The translations under genes and the position numbers were made by a program. Shown piece after piece: positions 28,894-39,200 of a stretch of DNA of 64,000 nt (position 1 is the stretch's first letter; every line of letters begins with the position of its first letter). Source of the DNA: Pseudomonadota bacterium. Its GTDB lineage: Bacteria; Pseudomonadota; Gammaproteobacteria; Magnimaribacterales; D2472. The stretch covers positions 2,260-66,259 of the forward strand of contig JAOOBR010000003.1 of NCBI GenBank assembly GCA_028404565.1, read 5' to 3'. The notes under the pieces were generated by a model. That model ran no database searches, was not told the origin of the DNA, and saw nothing but the letters and a program-made list of their open reading frames with translations.

Positions 28894-29298
28894 TTACTCT
28901 GCGAAGTGCTTTTCCTGATCATCGTTTATATATTTGATATCTGCACAGAATTCAGCGGTTGGTCTAATTATTAGCCTTTCAATTCCAATAGGTTCACCTG
29001 TTTCCATACAATAGCCGTATTCGCCAGTTTTAATTCGTCTCAGTGCGAAATCAATTTTCTTAACGAGTTTTGATTTTCTATCAACAATTCTTAAGTAAAG
29101 TTGTGAATCCATTTCAAATGATGCTCGGTCAGCTTCATCTTTGCACTCAGGTGGGACTCTTAATCTTTGTCTAGCGTCCTCAATTTCACTGAGGGCTTCA
29201 GCCTTTTGTTCAGTTAGTTGAGCTGTAAAAAATTCAAGTTGTTCTTTTGCCATATATTTCTTTGCTGGCATTCTTAAAAGTTTCGCTTTAGTTAACAT
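28894..29298 (-). CDS. dksA: RNA polymerase-binding transcription factor DksA (two-cysteine variant)
   Basis: Coiled-coil tip motif DEADRAS. The C-terminal globular region GYCMETGEPIGIERLIIRPTAEFCADIKY aligns to the E. coli CxxC-17-CxxC finger but reads CxxT-17-CxxI. Confidence 0.85.
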   Translation of the reverse strand: MLTKAKLLRMPAKKYMAKEQLEFFTAQLTEQKAEALSEIEDARQRLRVPPECKDEADRASFEMDSQLYLRIVDRKSKLVKKIDFALRRIKTGEYGYCMETGEPIGIERLIIRPTAEFCADIKYINDDQEKHFAE

Positions 29299-29365
29299 AT
29301 ATACCTAATTTGATAAAAAAGAAGGATGGTATTAGACATTAATATGTTAGATTTTTCAACATAAA

Positions 29366-29398
29366 AATTAAAAAAAAAGGGGGCTAAAAAGCCCCCTA
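29366..29398 (-). terminator. Rho-independent terminator after TonB-dependent receptor 2
   Basis: GGGGGC/GCCCCC stem (29379-29384 and 29391-29396) with a 6-nt loop. A long T-run follows on the minus strand (A-run 29371-29378 on plus). Confidence 0.85.
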
Positions 29399-29417
29399 TT
29401 TTAATATTGCTTAAATA

Positions 29418-32399
29418 TTAATATGAATAATTAATAGATAAGTGAATATGTCTACCAAATGCATCGAAATAGCCTGGGAATGTATTACCATTTCCTGGAG
29501 CTGTTCCAGCATCTGATGTGTAACCTGGCTCTTTATCAAGCAAGTTACTTACACCAAGTGTTACTGACATGTTGTCATTTACAGAATAGATTGCAGTAGC
29601 ATCTAAGTATGTATATGCATCAAAATCAATATCGTTAGCGTTAAGGTCATCTGTTTCGCCTAAGTATCTCACACCGAGAATAACATCAGTATCAAATTCT
29701 GTTGTTAAACCAACAGTATATGAACCCATGACTTCAGGCATAGGATTCTTACCACAAGAACCACCCCAGTTTCCAGAACAGCCAATAGCTGCCTCACCAG
29801 GAAGTTCGATTATGTCGTATGAATCTAATAGTGTTGTTACACCAGAAACAACTAATGGACCCCAGTTTGTGTCAACTGAATAATCAAAGATGACATCAAT
29901 ACCGCTTGTTTGCTCTTCAGAAATATTAGTTATTTGAGCACTAATATATCCACCTGTTAGCCATAATGATCCATTTACTGGGTTACGGTTAATTAGGTTA
30001 CAAAAAGCAGCAGCACCGGTTTCAATACATTTATCAAGTGCTGTTTTTGGTGAAACAGTTCCAATACCATCTTCAACAGTAATGTCGAAGTAGTCAACTG
30101 TTAGAGTTAATCCATCCATTGGATTAAGTACAACACCAATTGTCATTGACTCTGATTCCTCAGGGTTAACATTTGGGTTACCACCAGTTTGGATATTGTA
30201 TTGGTCAGCAGGTGACTTGAGGTCAGTTCCATAAAGGTTTGCTGGAAGACCAGTGTTTTCACACTGCGCCTGAGTAGCAATAGGAGCTGCACCAGTATCT
30301 GGATCAATACCACAAGGATCATAGTCTAAATCAACTAATCCTTGTCCAATACCTTGATAAAGCTCAGCTAAGTTAGCGTGTCTCTGAGAAGTTTGGAAAG
30401 ATCCCCTTACGGATACCTTGTCATTAACTGTCCAGAAAGCACCTAGCTTCATAGCTGTAGTGTCATTTCCTGTTGAATAATCTGCAGATCTAAATCCAGC
30501 ATCCATACTTACTGTATCAGTAACTGGGATACCTAGCTCTACAAAGAATTCATCAACATCATATTTACCACCTAATGGAAGTGTTGCACCACCAGAACCT
30601 GATCTATCACCAGTTCTGCTTGGTAAGTCAGGTCTGAAATCTGAGCTAAGCTCTCTTGATTCGAAACCTGCAACAACTGAAACGTTTCCAGGAGCACCAG
30701 GAATTGAGTAGCCTGTATCTCCAGTTACATATGCAGTAAATGTAGTTTGTTCACCATCACCATTAATGTATGTTGAATTAGCAATATAGCTTTGAAGTTC
30801 CTGTCCGCCATCAATTACCCCTTGGATTCCTTGATCACCTGGAAGGCCACCTTGGAAAAGGTTATAAGGCACACATGTTGAGTCAGTTCCATTAAGAGCT
30901 GATACACATGTTGGAACACCGTTAACTGAAACAACATCAACAGCTCTGTTGATAGCAGTTACAGATAAGTCATTTCTATATTCGTTGTTATACACAACAT
31001 TTGATGTTTGATAGTAGGCATCGTATGACCAGTTGTCATTTATGTCACCTCTTACACCAACAGTTTGTGTAAAGCTTTTGTAAGCAAAGATAGATTGTCT
31101 TGGGTTACCTTCAACATTTCTCTTAAGAGAATATAAAGGCGCTTTATATCCAAGAATTGATCCATCTCCAACAGCTAAATCCAGATTAGCTAGATAAGCA
31201 AGAGCTGCTGCACCAGATGTAAAATCAGGAGCATGGTCTCCGCCCATTCCAGTCCAATCACCACATGCTGCGTTATATTGCTGTTCTGATAAGAAAGCGT
31301 TATAACACGGTAATGCTGTAATGTTTCCAAAAGTTCCTGAGTAAGCAATCTGAGCATTAGATTCTGACTTCATGTAAGTCATATCTACATACACTTCTGC
31401 ATTATCAGATACTTCATACTTACCAAAAAATCCTGAATTGAATCTATCATCAGGTCTTTGGAAGAAGTTTGTTGGATTATAGTTATAAGCCTGTCCAGCT
31501 CTAGGAACAAATTCATTCCCAAGAACTTTAAAGTCAACACCAGTAATTGATGGATCAGCATTCACAAATCCACCAGCAGTATAGCCACCAAAGTCGGCCC
31601 ATCTGCCAGGAGGGATTGTTGAAGAACCACCACAACCACTAAAACCAGATCTTAAAGCACAAGCACTTATATCGTACTCACCCTGAAGAATAGGTTTTGT
31701 ATCGGTGTGTTCCATAAAAGCTGTTATGTGACCTTTTCCACCATCGATTTCACCACCGAAAGCCACTGAAACTTTTTCAGTATCTCCTGTAGTTACATCT
31801 TTTGGTGCTAAAGCATAGTCATATGAAGCAACCAAGTCTCTAAGACTACTGTTGTCATTCTTATGCTGATAAAAGCCATGATAAAAGCTAGACTTCATTC
31901 CTACAAACTCATCATCTAAGATGAAGTTAACAACACCAGCAACCGCATCAGAACCGTAAACGGATGATGCACCACCAGTTAAAACTTCAACCTTATCCAA
32001 TAAGAGTGTTGGAACAGTGTTCAAGTCAGCACAGTTTCCACCACCAGTCGTACCAGAAACCATTCTTCGACCATTCATAAGAACAAGAGTTCTTGAACAA
32101 CCTAAGTTTCTTAAGTTCGCAGTAGCAGTACCAGAAGCACCATTGGAGTTAGTAATTGATTGTCCAGGTGAGATTTGTGGAAGATCATTAAGATAATCCT
32201 CAACCCTCGTAATACCTCTGACTAACAATTCCTCACCATCGATACTTGTGATCTGTGATGAACTTGTTACGTTTGGATCAGCAATCCTTGTACCAGTAAC
32301 CACAACTTCTTCAACATCATCTTGCGCAAGTGCTGAAAAAGGAATGGCGGCAAAAGAAAATACTAAACCAAATAACAAAGTTAGTTTATTAATTTTCAT
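29418..32399 (-). CDS. TonB-dependent receptor (993 aa)
   Basis: Signal peptide, TonB box EEVVVTGTRI, plug motif VEVLTGGASSVYGSDAVAGVVNF, and terminal aromatic residue (NYSY). The SD GGGGAAG lies upstream of the ATG. Confidence 0.9.
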   Translation of the reverse strand: MKINKLTLLFGLVFSFAAIPFSALAQDDVEEVVVTGTRIADPNVTSSSQITSIDGEELLVRGITRVEDYLNDLPQISPGQSITNSNGASGTATANLRNLGCSRTLVLMNGRRMVSGTTGGGNCADLNTVPTLLLDKVEVLTGGASSVYGSDAVAGVVNFILDDEFVGMKSSFYHGFYQHKNDNSSLRDLVASYDYALAPKDVTTGDTEKVSVAFGGEIDGGKGHITAFMEHTDTKPILQGEYDISACALRSGFSGCGGSSTIPPGRWADFGGYTAGGFVNADPSITGVDFKVLGNEFVPRAGQAYNYNPTNFFQRPDDRFNSGFFGKYEVSDNAEVYVDMTYMKSESNAQIAYSGTFGNITALPCYNAFLSEQQYNAACGDWTGMGGDHAPDFTSGAAALAYLANLDLAVGDGSILGYKAPLYSLKRNVEGNPRQSIFAYKSFTQTVGVRGDINDNWSYDAYYQTSNVVYNNEYRNDLSVTAINRAVDVVSVNGVPTCVSALNGTDSTCVPYNLFQGGLPGDQGIQGVIDGGQELQSYIANSTYINGDGEQTTFTAYVTGDTGYSIPGAPGNVSVVAGFESRELSSDFRPDLPSRTGDRSGSGGATLPLGGKYDVDEFFVELGIPVTDTVSMDAGFRSADYSTGNDTTAMKLGAFWTVNDKVSVRGSFQTSQRHANLAELYQGIGQGLVDLDYDPCGIDPDTGAAPIATQAQCENTGLPANLYGTDLKSPADQYNIQTGGNPNVNPEESESMTIGVVLNPMDGLTLTVDYFDITVEDGIGTVSPKTALDKCIETGAAAFCNLINRNPVNGSLWLTGGYISAQITNISEEQTSGIDVIFDYSVDTNWGPLVVSGVTTLLDSYDIIELPGEAAIGCSGNWGGSCGKNPMPEVMGSYTVGLTTEFDTDVILGVRYLGETDDLNANDIDFDAYTYLDATAIYSVNDNMSVTLGVSNLLDKEPGYTSDAGTAPGNGNTFPGYFDAFGRHIHLSINYSY

Positions 32400-32418
32400 A
32401 TACTTCCCCTTTAAAAGT

Positions 32419-32458
32419 TATATATAAACGTTTATATATATGGCATTTCTGCCATATA
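32419..32458. promoter_or_regulatory. Two adjacent perfect palindromes in the leader/promoter region of receptor 2
   Basis: The first is the 22-bp palindrome TATATATAAACGTTTATATATA (32419-32440). The second is a 9-bp inverted repeat, TATATGGCA-TTTC-TGCCATATA (32437-32458). Both were read directly and lie 20-60 nt upstream of the receptor ATG. Confidence 0.4.
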
Positions 32459-32478
32459 ACATGCCAATCTAAACAGAA

Positions 32479-32506
32479 TTTATAATTTATGTAAACAATT
32501 GTGTAA
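32479..32506 (-). promoter_or_regulatory. Candidate sigma70 promoter for receptor 2 (TTACAC-16 nt-TATAAA)
   Basis: On the minus strand the -35 is at 32501-32506 and the -10 at 32479-32484. If this promoter is used, both palindromes fall in the 5' UTR. The match is weak in AT-rich DNA. Confidence 0.25.
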
Positions 32507-32539
32507 TTAGCTTATAATCTCGACTTGACATATTGAAAA

Positions 32540-33325
32540 ATGCTAAATAATAAAAAGATCTTAATCACCGGAATTGCGAATAAATTTTCAATTGCTAATG
32601 GAATTGCCCAAAGTATGAGCAAAAATGGGGCTGAGCTTGCTTTTGCATATCAAAATGAACGTTTGTTAAAGAAAATTAAGCCTATTGCAGATGATTTAGG
32701 CGTAAAAACTCTTATTGAGTGCGATGTTGCATGCGATAAATCTATTGAGCAAACCTTTTCACAGCTAAAAGATGAATGGGGAACTTTGGATGGAATTGTG
32801 CATTCAATCGGTTTTGCACCATCAGATCAGCTTGATGGAGATTTTACTGAAGTTACAACCAGAGAAGGCTTTCAAATAGCTCATGATATAAGTTCATATA
32901 GTTTTACTGCTCTTGCAAAAGGAGCATTACCAATTCTAAGTGATAAGGCTGCCCTTCTTACCTTAACTTACTTAGGATCTATCCAATCGCTTCCAAACTA
33001 CAATGTCATGGGTCTTGCTAAAGCTAGCCTTGAGGCTAATACAAGGTTTCTTGCTGCTTCATTGGGGAAAAAAGGAATCAGAGTTAATGCAATCTCTGCA
33101 GGCCCAATAAAAACTCTTGCTGCATCCGGTGTTAAGAATTTTAGAAGTATGCTCAAAGAGTATGCGGATAGAGCACCTTTAGGAAGAGCCGTTACTATAG
33201 AGGAAGTTGGGAATGTCGCTACTTTCTTATGCTCGGATCTAGCAAGCGGTATTACTGGTGAGATTACATACGTCGATGCAGGCTTTAATACTTCTGCAAT
33301 GTCATTAATTCCTTCAAAAGAATAA
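32540..33325 (+). CDS. fabI: Enoyl-[acyl-carrier-protein] reductase (NADH) FabI
   Basis: N-terminus [19 protein letters not shown], the [14 protein letters not shown]-x6-K catalytic region, and length 261 aa. Confidence 0.9.
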   Translation: MLNNKKILITGIANKFSIANGIAQSMSKNGAELAFAYQNERLLKKIKPIADDLGVKTLIECDVACDKSIEQTFSQLKDEWGTLDGIVHSIGFAPSDQLDGDFTEVTTREGFQIAHDISSYSFTALAKGALPILSDKAALLTLTYLGSIQSLPNYNVMGLAKASLEANTRFLAASLGKKGIRVNAISAGPIKTLAASGVKNFRSMLKEYADRAPLGRAVTIEEVGNVATFLCSDLASGITGEITYVDAGFNTSAMSLIPSKE

Positions 33326-33330
33326 AATAA

Positions 33331-34785
33331 ATGAAGCATAGATCGGTAGTGATTGGTGTCTCTGCCATTCAACAAAAAGGTAACTTTGAAAATCTTGATG
33401 AGGCACTTTTTCTCATGGATCAAGCAGTAAAAGAGGCTTTGTCTGATTCAGGAAACAAATCAATTAAAGATCATATTGATGAAATAAGGATTCCCAAGGG
33501 TTTTTGGAGATATAGAGATCCTGGAAAATGGGTTGCCAAGAATAATGATTTTAAAAGCATTCCAACTACTTACGTGACTAAAATAGGAGTTTTGCAACAA
33601 AATCTTATTAATGAGGCTTGTCTTAAAATTGAAAATGGCGAAATTAATGCATCAATTATTCTTGGAGGTGAAGCAAGATACAAGCAACTAAGATCTGTTA
33701 TTGAAAAAAAAGAGTATTTTGAAACTGAGCTTGATGAAAATCCTGATTTTTACATTAAGGCAAAAGAAGACCTTTATGGTGATGAGGAACTAGAAGAGTT
33801 AGGAGCAATGGCAGTTGGTTATTATGCGGCGATGGAGACGGCTTTAAGAAAAAATGATGATGAAAATATTGAAGAACATCAAAACAATATTGCTTCAATG
33901 TATGAAGAGTTCTCAAAAGTTGCATCAAATAATGAAGATGCCTGGCTAGATCATCCATATTCAAAAAAAGAAATTTTAGAGACAAGTAAAAAAAATAAAA
34001 TGCTTGCATACCCTTATAACAAACTCCACTGCACAAGTTGGAACGTTAACCAATCTGCTGCTTTAATAATTTGTAGTGAGGAATTAGCCAATAAATTAGA
34101 AATAGATAACAAAAAAAGGGTTTATCCAATCTCGTCGTCTGAAAATAATCATATGATAGCTATTCAACAAAGACCAAAACTCTATGAGTCGCTTGGAATG
34201 ATCTATGCTGCAAAATCTATAAATGGAATGATGGAGCAACTTGATATTAGATTAGATGCATATGATTTATACAGCTGCTTCCCTGCTGCTGTAAAAATGT
34301 TCTCAAAATCTCTAGAACTTGGAAGTGATATACCTAAGACCATAACAGGATCTATGCCATATGCAGGAGGTCCACTCAATAGCTTTGTAATTCACTCAAC
34401 TGTAAAAATGATTCAAAAAATTAGAGCCTTGGAAGCGAGGCATGGACTAGTAACGGGAGTGTCAGGGATGATGACAAAGCAATCTTTTTGCGTTTGGGGA
34501 AAAGAATATCAAGAGCAGTTTATTTTTGATGATGTGACTGAGAGAGCAAAGCTTGATGAAAATCCTGTTGAACTGTCGAATATTGCAGAGGGCGAAGGTG
34601 AGATAATTGGTTATACTATAATTGAAGGAAGTGAACATGCATCTAAAGCAGTTTTATATCTAGATGATGAAAAGAAACACCGTAAAGTTGTATCTTCTTT
34701 CGATAAAAACTTTATAAATTTGTTAATGGAGGAAGAATGGGTAGGAAAGAAAGTAAAATTCAAAGATGGGCAAGCCACTCCTTAG
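33331..34785 (+). CDS. Thiolase-like protein with an extra C-terminal domain (TLP1-like), probably lacking the nucleophilic cysteine
   Basis: Thiolase-fold landmarks are present (ILGGEA, LYSCFPAAV, GGPLNSF). Where the C-x-S-G nucleophile motif is expected, the sequence reads VTKIGVLQQ. There is also an additional approximately 90-aa C-terminal domain. Confidence 0.5.
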   Translation: MKHRSVVIGVSAIQQKGNFENLDEALFLMDQAVKEALSDSGNKSIKDHIDEIRIPKGFWRYRDPGKWVAKNNDFKSIPTTYVTKIGVLQQNLINEACLKIENGEINASIILGGEARYKQLRSVIEKKEYFETELDENPDFYIKAKEDLYGDEELEELGAMAVGYYAAMETALRKNDDENIEEHQNNIASMYEEFSKVASNNEDAWLDHPYSKKEILETSKKNKMLAYPYNKLHCTSWNVNQSAALIICSEELANKLEIDNKKRVYPISSSENNHMIAIQQRPKLYESLGMIYAAKSINGMMEQLDIRLDAYDLYSCFPAAVKMFSKSLELGSDIPKTITGSMPYAGGPLNSFVIHSTVKMIQKIRALEARHGLVTGVSGMMTKQSFCVWGKEYQEQFIFDDVTERAKLDENPVELSNIAEGEGEIIGYTIIEGSEHASKAVLYLDDEKKHRKVVSSFDKNFINLLMEEEWVGKKVKFKDGQATP

Positions 34786-36179
34786 GAATAATATTTTTTG
34801 CCTTAAGCTCACAATACTTAATTTCGTCACCTATTGATCATCATCAAGAAAGATTCGAGGATGTGGCTCTCAAAATATGGGAATATGCCGAACTCGGCTA
34901 CTTAGAGGAAAAGAGTTCAAGCCTTTTACAACATGAGCTCAAGGATAGTGGCTTTACTATTCAATCTGGTGTTGCTGGAATACCAACTGCTTTTATTGCT
35001 GAATATAATAATGGTGGCCCGGTATTAGGTATTTTGGGAGAATTTGATGCTTTGCCAGGGCTATCTCAACAAAACGTTCCCTTTAAAACAGCTGAGGGCT
35101 TAAGTTCTGCAAATGGTCATGCATGCGGTCATCATCTTTTTGGAGCTGCTTCAGCCTGGGCAGTAGTTGCTATTAAAGATTGGCTAGAAGAATCTGGAAC
35201 ACCTGGGACTATTAGATTCTATGGAACTCCTGCTGAGGAAGGAGGATCTGGAAAGGTATACATTGCAAGGGATGGTTATTTTGATGATGTTGATATAGTT
35301 TTACATTGGCATCCAGCAAGCGGCAATTCAGCAGATGCACAATCAAGTAATTCAAATAAATCAGGTAAATTTACATTCAGTGGTATTTCTGCTCATGCAG
35401 CAAGCGCTCCTGAAAAAGGAAGGTCTGCATTAGATGGCGTTGAGGCAATGAATATGATGGTAAATATGATGAGGGAACATATTCCTCAAGAATCTAGAAT
35501 TCATTATGTAATTACAAAAGGCGGTCTTGCTCCAAACGTTGTTCCAGATGTTGCAGAAGTTTACTACTATGTTCGACATCCTAGGATGAATGTAGTTGAT
35601 GAGCTTTTTCAAAGGGTTGTAAAGGCTGCTGAGGGAGCTGCTATGGGAACAGAAACATCGATGACTTATGAAGTAATGCATGGTAACTATGCAGTATTAC
35701 CCAACGAAACACTCCAAAAAATGATACATGAGAATCTTTCTGAGTTGGGAGGAATTAGCTACAACAAAGAAGAGGAAAAATTTGCTGAGGAAATATATCA
35801 AACTCTAGTTTCTCCTTCTTTAGAGCTTGGATCTCAAAACCAGATTAAAGAATATGCTGTTACTCACACCTATGGATCAACTGATGTCGGAGATTTAACG
35901 TGGCTGGTTCCAACAGGAGGTTTTAGGACTGCAACGTGGGTTCCAGGAACACCTGCGCATTCTTGGCAAGCGGTTGCATCTGGAGGAACTTCAATAGGAT
36001 TGAAAGGTGCAAAGCTAGCTGCAGAAGTTTTAACGAATTCTGCTAAAGATATTTTTTTAGACCCCAAAATTATTGAAGACTCAAAAAAAGAATTAAAAAT
36101 GAAGCAAGGTGAAGATTTCTCTTACTACCCTCTTCTGGGTGATAGAAGCCCGCCGTTGGAATATCGATTAAATAAGTAA
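34737..36179 (+). CDS. M20-family amidohydrolase/peptidase (AbgB / M20D-like), probably exported
   Basis: NGHACGHH metal-binding motif, GTPAEEGG, and a dimerisation-domain pattern. The N-terminus looks like a signal peptide. The ATG start overlaps the previous gene by 49 nt, so the start is uncertain. Confidence 0.8.
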   Translation: MGRKESKIQRWASHSLGIIFFALSSQYLISSPIDHHQERFEDVALKIWEYAELGYLEEKSSSLLQHELKDSGFTIQSGVAGIPTAFIAEYNNGGPVLGILGEFDALPGLSQQNVPFKTAEGLSSANGHACGHHLFGAASAWAVVAIKDWLEESGTPGTIRFYGTPAEEGGSGKVYIARDGYFDDVDIVLHWHPASGNSADAQSSNSNKSGKFTFSGISAHAASAPEKGRSALDGVEAMNMMVNMMREHIPQESRIHYVITKGGLAPNVVPDVAEVYYYVRHPRMNVVDELFQRVVKAAEGAAMGTETSMTYEVMHGNYAVLPNETLQKMIHENLSELGGISYNKEEEKFAEEIYQTLVSPSLELGSQNQIKEYAVTHTYGSTDVGDLTWLVPTGGFRTATWVPGTPAHSWQAVASGGTSIGLKGAKLAAEVLTNSAKDIFLDPKIIEDSKKELKMKQGEDFSYYPLLGDRSPPLEYRLNK

Positions 36180-36273
36180 TTTGAGACATATTTTCTAAGA
36201 TACATCTTATTTGATTTAAGCCCCGTTTTAAGTTATAAAATAAGGGATTTTTAAATAAATTAATGGGGGAAAT

Positions 36274-39200
36274 ATGAAGTTACTTAAACTTTTTTCAATT
36301 TTACTATTATTACCTATAACTTTTCTTTTTGCGCAAGACGAATCTGAGTCAGATGTTGAGGAAGTGGTTGTAGTTGGATCACAAATTAAAGGGGCTAAGA
36401 TCACTGGCGCCCTGCCTGTTACTGTCATCACGGCTGATGATATTGAAAGCTTGGCTATTGAGTCAGGTGAGGAGCTATTTGCTGATTTGGCTGAAAATGG
36501 TGGTAATAACTTTAACCAAACTGATTTCAGTGGTGGATATAATGCCTCAAGAGGTGATGTTGGATCGCTGGATTTAAGAAATATTGGTACAGGAAATACT
36601 GTCACGCTTCTTAATGGAAGAAGATTAGTTCAATCACCAGGTTATGCAACTGAGTGGGTTGGCGGTAGTTATGTTCCAGTTTCATCGGTTAACTCAAACT
36701 TAATTCCTGTCTATGGTGCAGAGAGAGTAGAAATTCTTCGTGATGGTGCTTCTGCTATTTATGGTGCTGATGCTGTGGCAGGTGTAATTAACACAGTTTT
36801 AAAAGATGACTTTGATGGTCTCACTATGAGAGTAAGACAAAACTGGTATGACGGCTTTGATGCAAAAGATAACAAAGTTAGCATTCAGTGGGGTAAAACT
36901 ATGAGTGATGGCTCTAACTTGTCAGTCTATTTTGATAGATATGATAGAGAGAGAATCAGAGGTATCGAAGATCCTAAATGGGCTGCAGGAGACCTTAGAG
37001 GTTTTCTTCCAAGTCCTGATAGTGATGATCCAAGAGGTGCTTTTAATGATACTACATGGAGAAACATGAGTACGAGTTCTGTATGGGCTGAGTTCTATGA
37101 AGGAAGTAATATTTTTAAAATATATGCTCCAGATGACTCAAACTGTACAAGCAATTCCTCAACTAATTTATATAATATTCCTGGAATCGATCATATGTGT
37201 CTTTATGATTCAAGTTCGATTAGAACTTATCAAAGACTAGCTTATGGAACTACATATGACAAAAGAGGACCGTTACTAAGAAATAATCTTGTTATGTTCT
37301 ATAACACAACACTGGATAATGGTGTTGAAGCTTATTCTGAATTAAGTTATTACAAATCTGATTCAAGCAAGCAGCTTTACGGAGGTGCTCCTCTTGGAAT
37401 GGGTTCAAGCGCAAAAGGTGGTGGGAACACTCAACCAATCTTAGTTCCATCAACAAACTATTGGTTAAATCAACTGCAAAGACCAAATGGTGACCTTTTT
37501 GTTGATAAAGAAGGTGATGAATTATGGTTTAGACGTTTTAGATTTTCTACTCCAAGAAGCTGGGATTCAACCAGAGAAACATGGAGAGTTGTTCAAGGCT
37601 TCAGAGGTGAGTGGAATAGCTGGGACTGGGATTCAGGTATCGTTGTTTCTAAAGCTACTTCTGAAATGGATAACCATGGAAGACAAAGTATGACTTTGCT
37701 CAATGCAGCTTTAGCAGACTCAACTCCAAATGCCTACAATCCATTTTGTGCTGGTATTGGTTGTAATGAAGAAGCTTTTACAGTTTCAATTTTCAGAAAT
37801 AATACAACCGAGCTGTTCTCAGCTGATATAAAAATGACGAATGATTCAGTTTTTTCAATGCCTGCTGGAGATGTTGGAATGCTAGTTGGAGCAGAAGTTA
37901 GAAAGGAAACAATGGATGATGCAAGGGATCCAAGAATAAATGGAACTATTGTTTACTCAACTCCTCCTCAAGCTTCTAACCAAGCTACTTTCCCTTACAT
38001 ATCTGACATCGTAAATAGTAGTCCATCACCTAACACCTATGGTGAAAGGGTTGTGTCTTCTCTATTTACTGAACTTCAAATTCCTTTAGCTAATAATCTT
38101 GATTCTCAGTTAGCTGTTAGAGCAGAGAATTCAGATGACTACGGAAGTAATGTTGTTGGTAAATTTGCATTAGGTTGGGAACCTACTTCATGGGGTAAAT
38201 TAAGAGCATCAACATCTACTTCATTTAGAGCTCCAAACCTTATTACTGTTAATGAAGGTCTCGTGGTTAGAAATAACTCGCAAGAGGATGCACTATTGAC
38301 CGCTGCTCTTGGTGAGGAGTATGACAGTGCATACTCTATTCAAAGAGTAGCTCAAGGTAATGAAGATCTTGAAGCTGAAGAAGCAACGAACACATCAGTT
38401 GGTTTTGTTTTAACACCTGGAGATAATCTAGTTGTAACAGTTGATAAGTGGGAAATTGCTACTGAAAACACAATTGGTTTGTTTGGTGAGAGAAATCATA
38501 TCTTGCTTGATACCTTAATTAGATCTCGTGGTGGAGCTAATGAGTGTGTTGGTAACCCAAATGTTATCAGGGGTGACTTTATTGAGGATAATGACCCAGA
38601 ATCTGATACATATAATGCAAACTGGGATCCAAATCTTTGTAAGGCTGGTAATGTCATTAGAGTTAATGACACTTACCTAAACCTAGACAATAGAACTCTA
38701 AAAGGTACTGACTACGCAATTGAGTACTCAGTTGATACTGATGCAGGTTCATTCAGTGCTAAGTTTATGAGAGTGCAGTTTGATGAATTCTTGCAAGAAG
38801 CATCTGGCCCAATGGCAGAGCTAGTAGCAGCATCTGGAGCTGGCGGTCCGCTTGAGGGGCTTATCTCAGCATCTGGTTTTGGTGACTTGCTAGGTACTTT
38901 TGATAAGAGAGCTTATCCTGAAGTAAAAGACTCAGTGAGACTTGCGTGGAAACACAAACGTTTTGATGCATACCTTTCTGGAACAAAAGTAGGAAGCTTT
39001 GAAGAGCTTGGTGTTACCAATAATGCCAAGAACTCAGATGGAAATTATGTCTGTTCTGGAACTACAAGCTACTCAGGTGGAACTTGTGGTCAGTACTGGA
39101 CTGTTGAGTCAATGCTTACCTTAAATCTAACACTTGGATATAAATTCAAGAATGGTTTAAGAGTAAGAGGTCAAATTAGAAACCTTGAAGATCAAAGAGC

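Noticed and set aside
32441-32453. TGGCA...TGCCA in the second palindrome as a possible sigma54 (-24/-12) promoter
   Set aside because: The GG and GC dinucleotides are separated by 7 nt, not the required 10. On the plus strand the element would point at fabI, which does not fit sigma54 logic.
32400-32539. Riboswitch (cobalamin or TPP) in receptor leaders
   Set aside because: The leaders are 94-195 nt, short for a cobalamin riboswitch. I saw no B12-box (GCCACTG-like) or TPP (CTGAGA...ACCTGA) core motifs.
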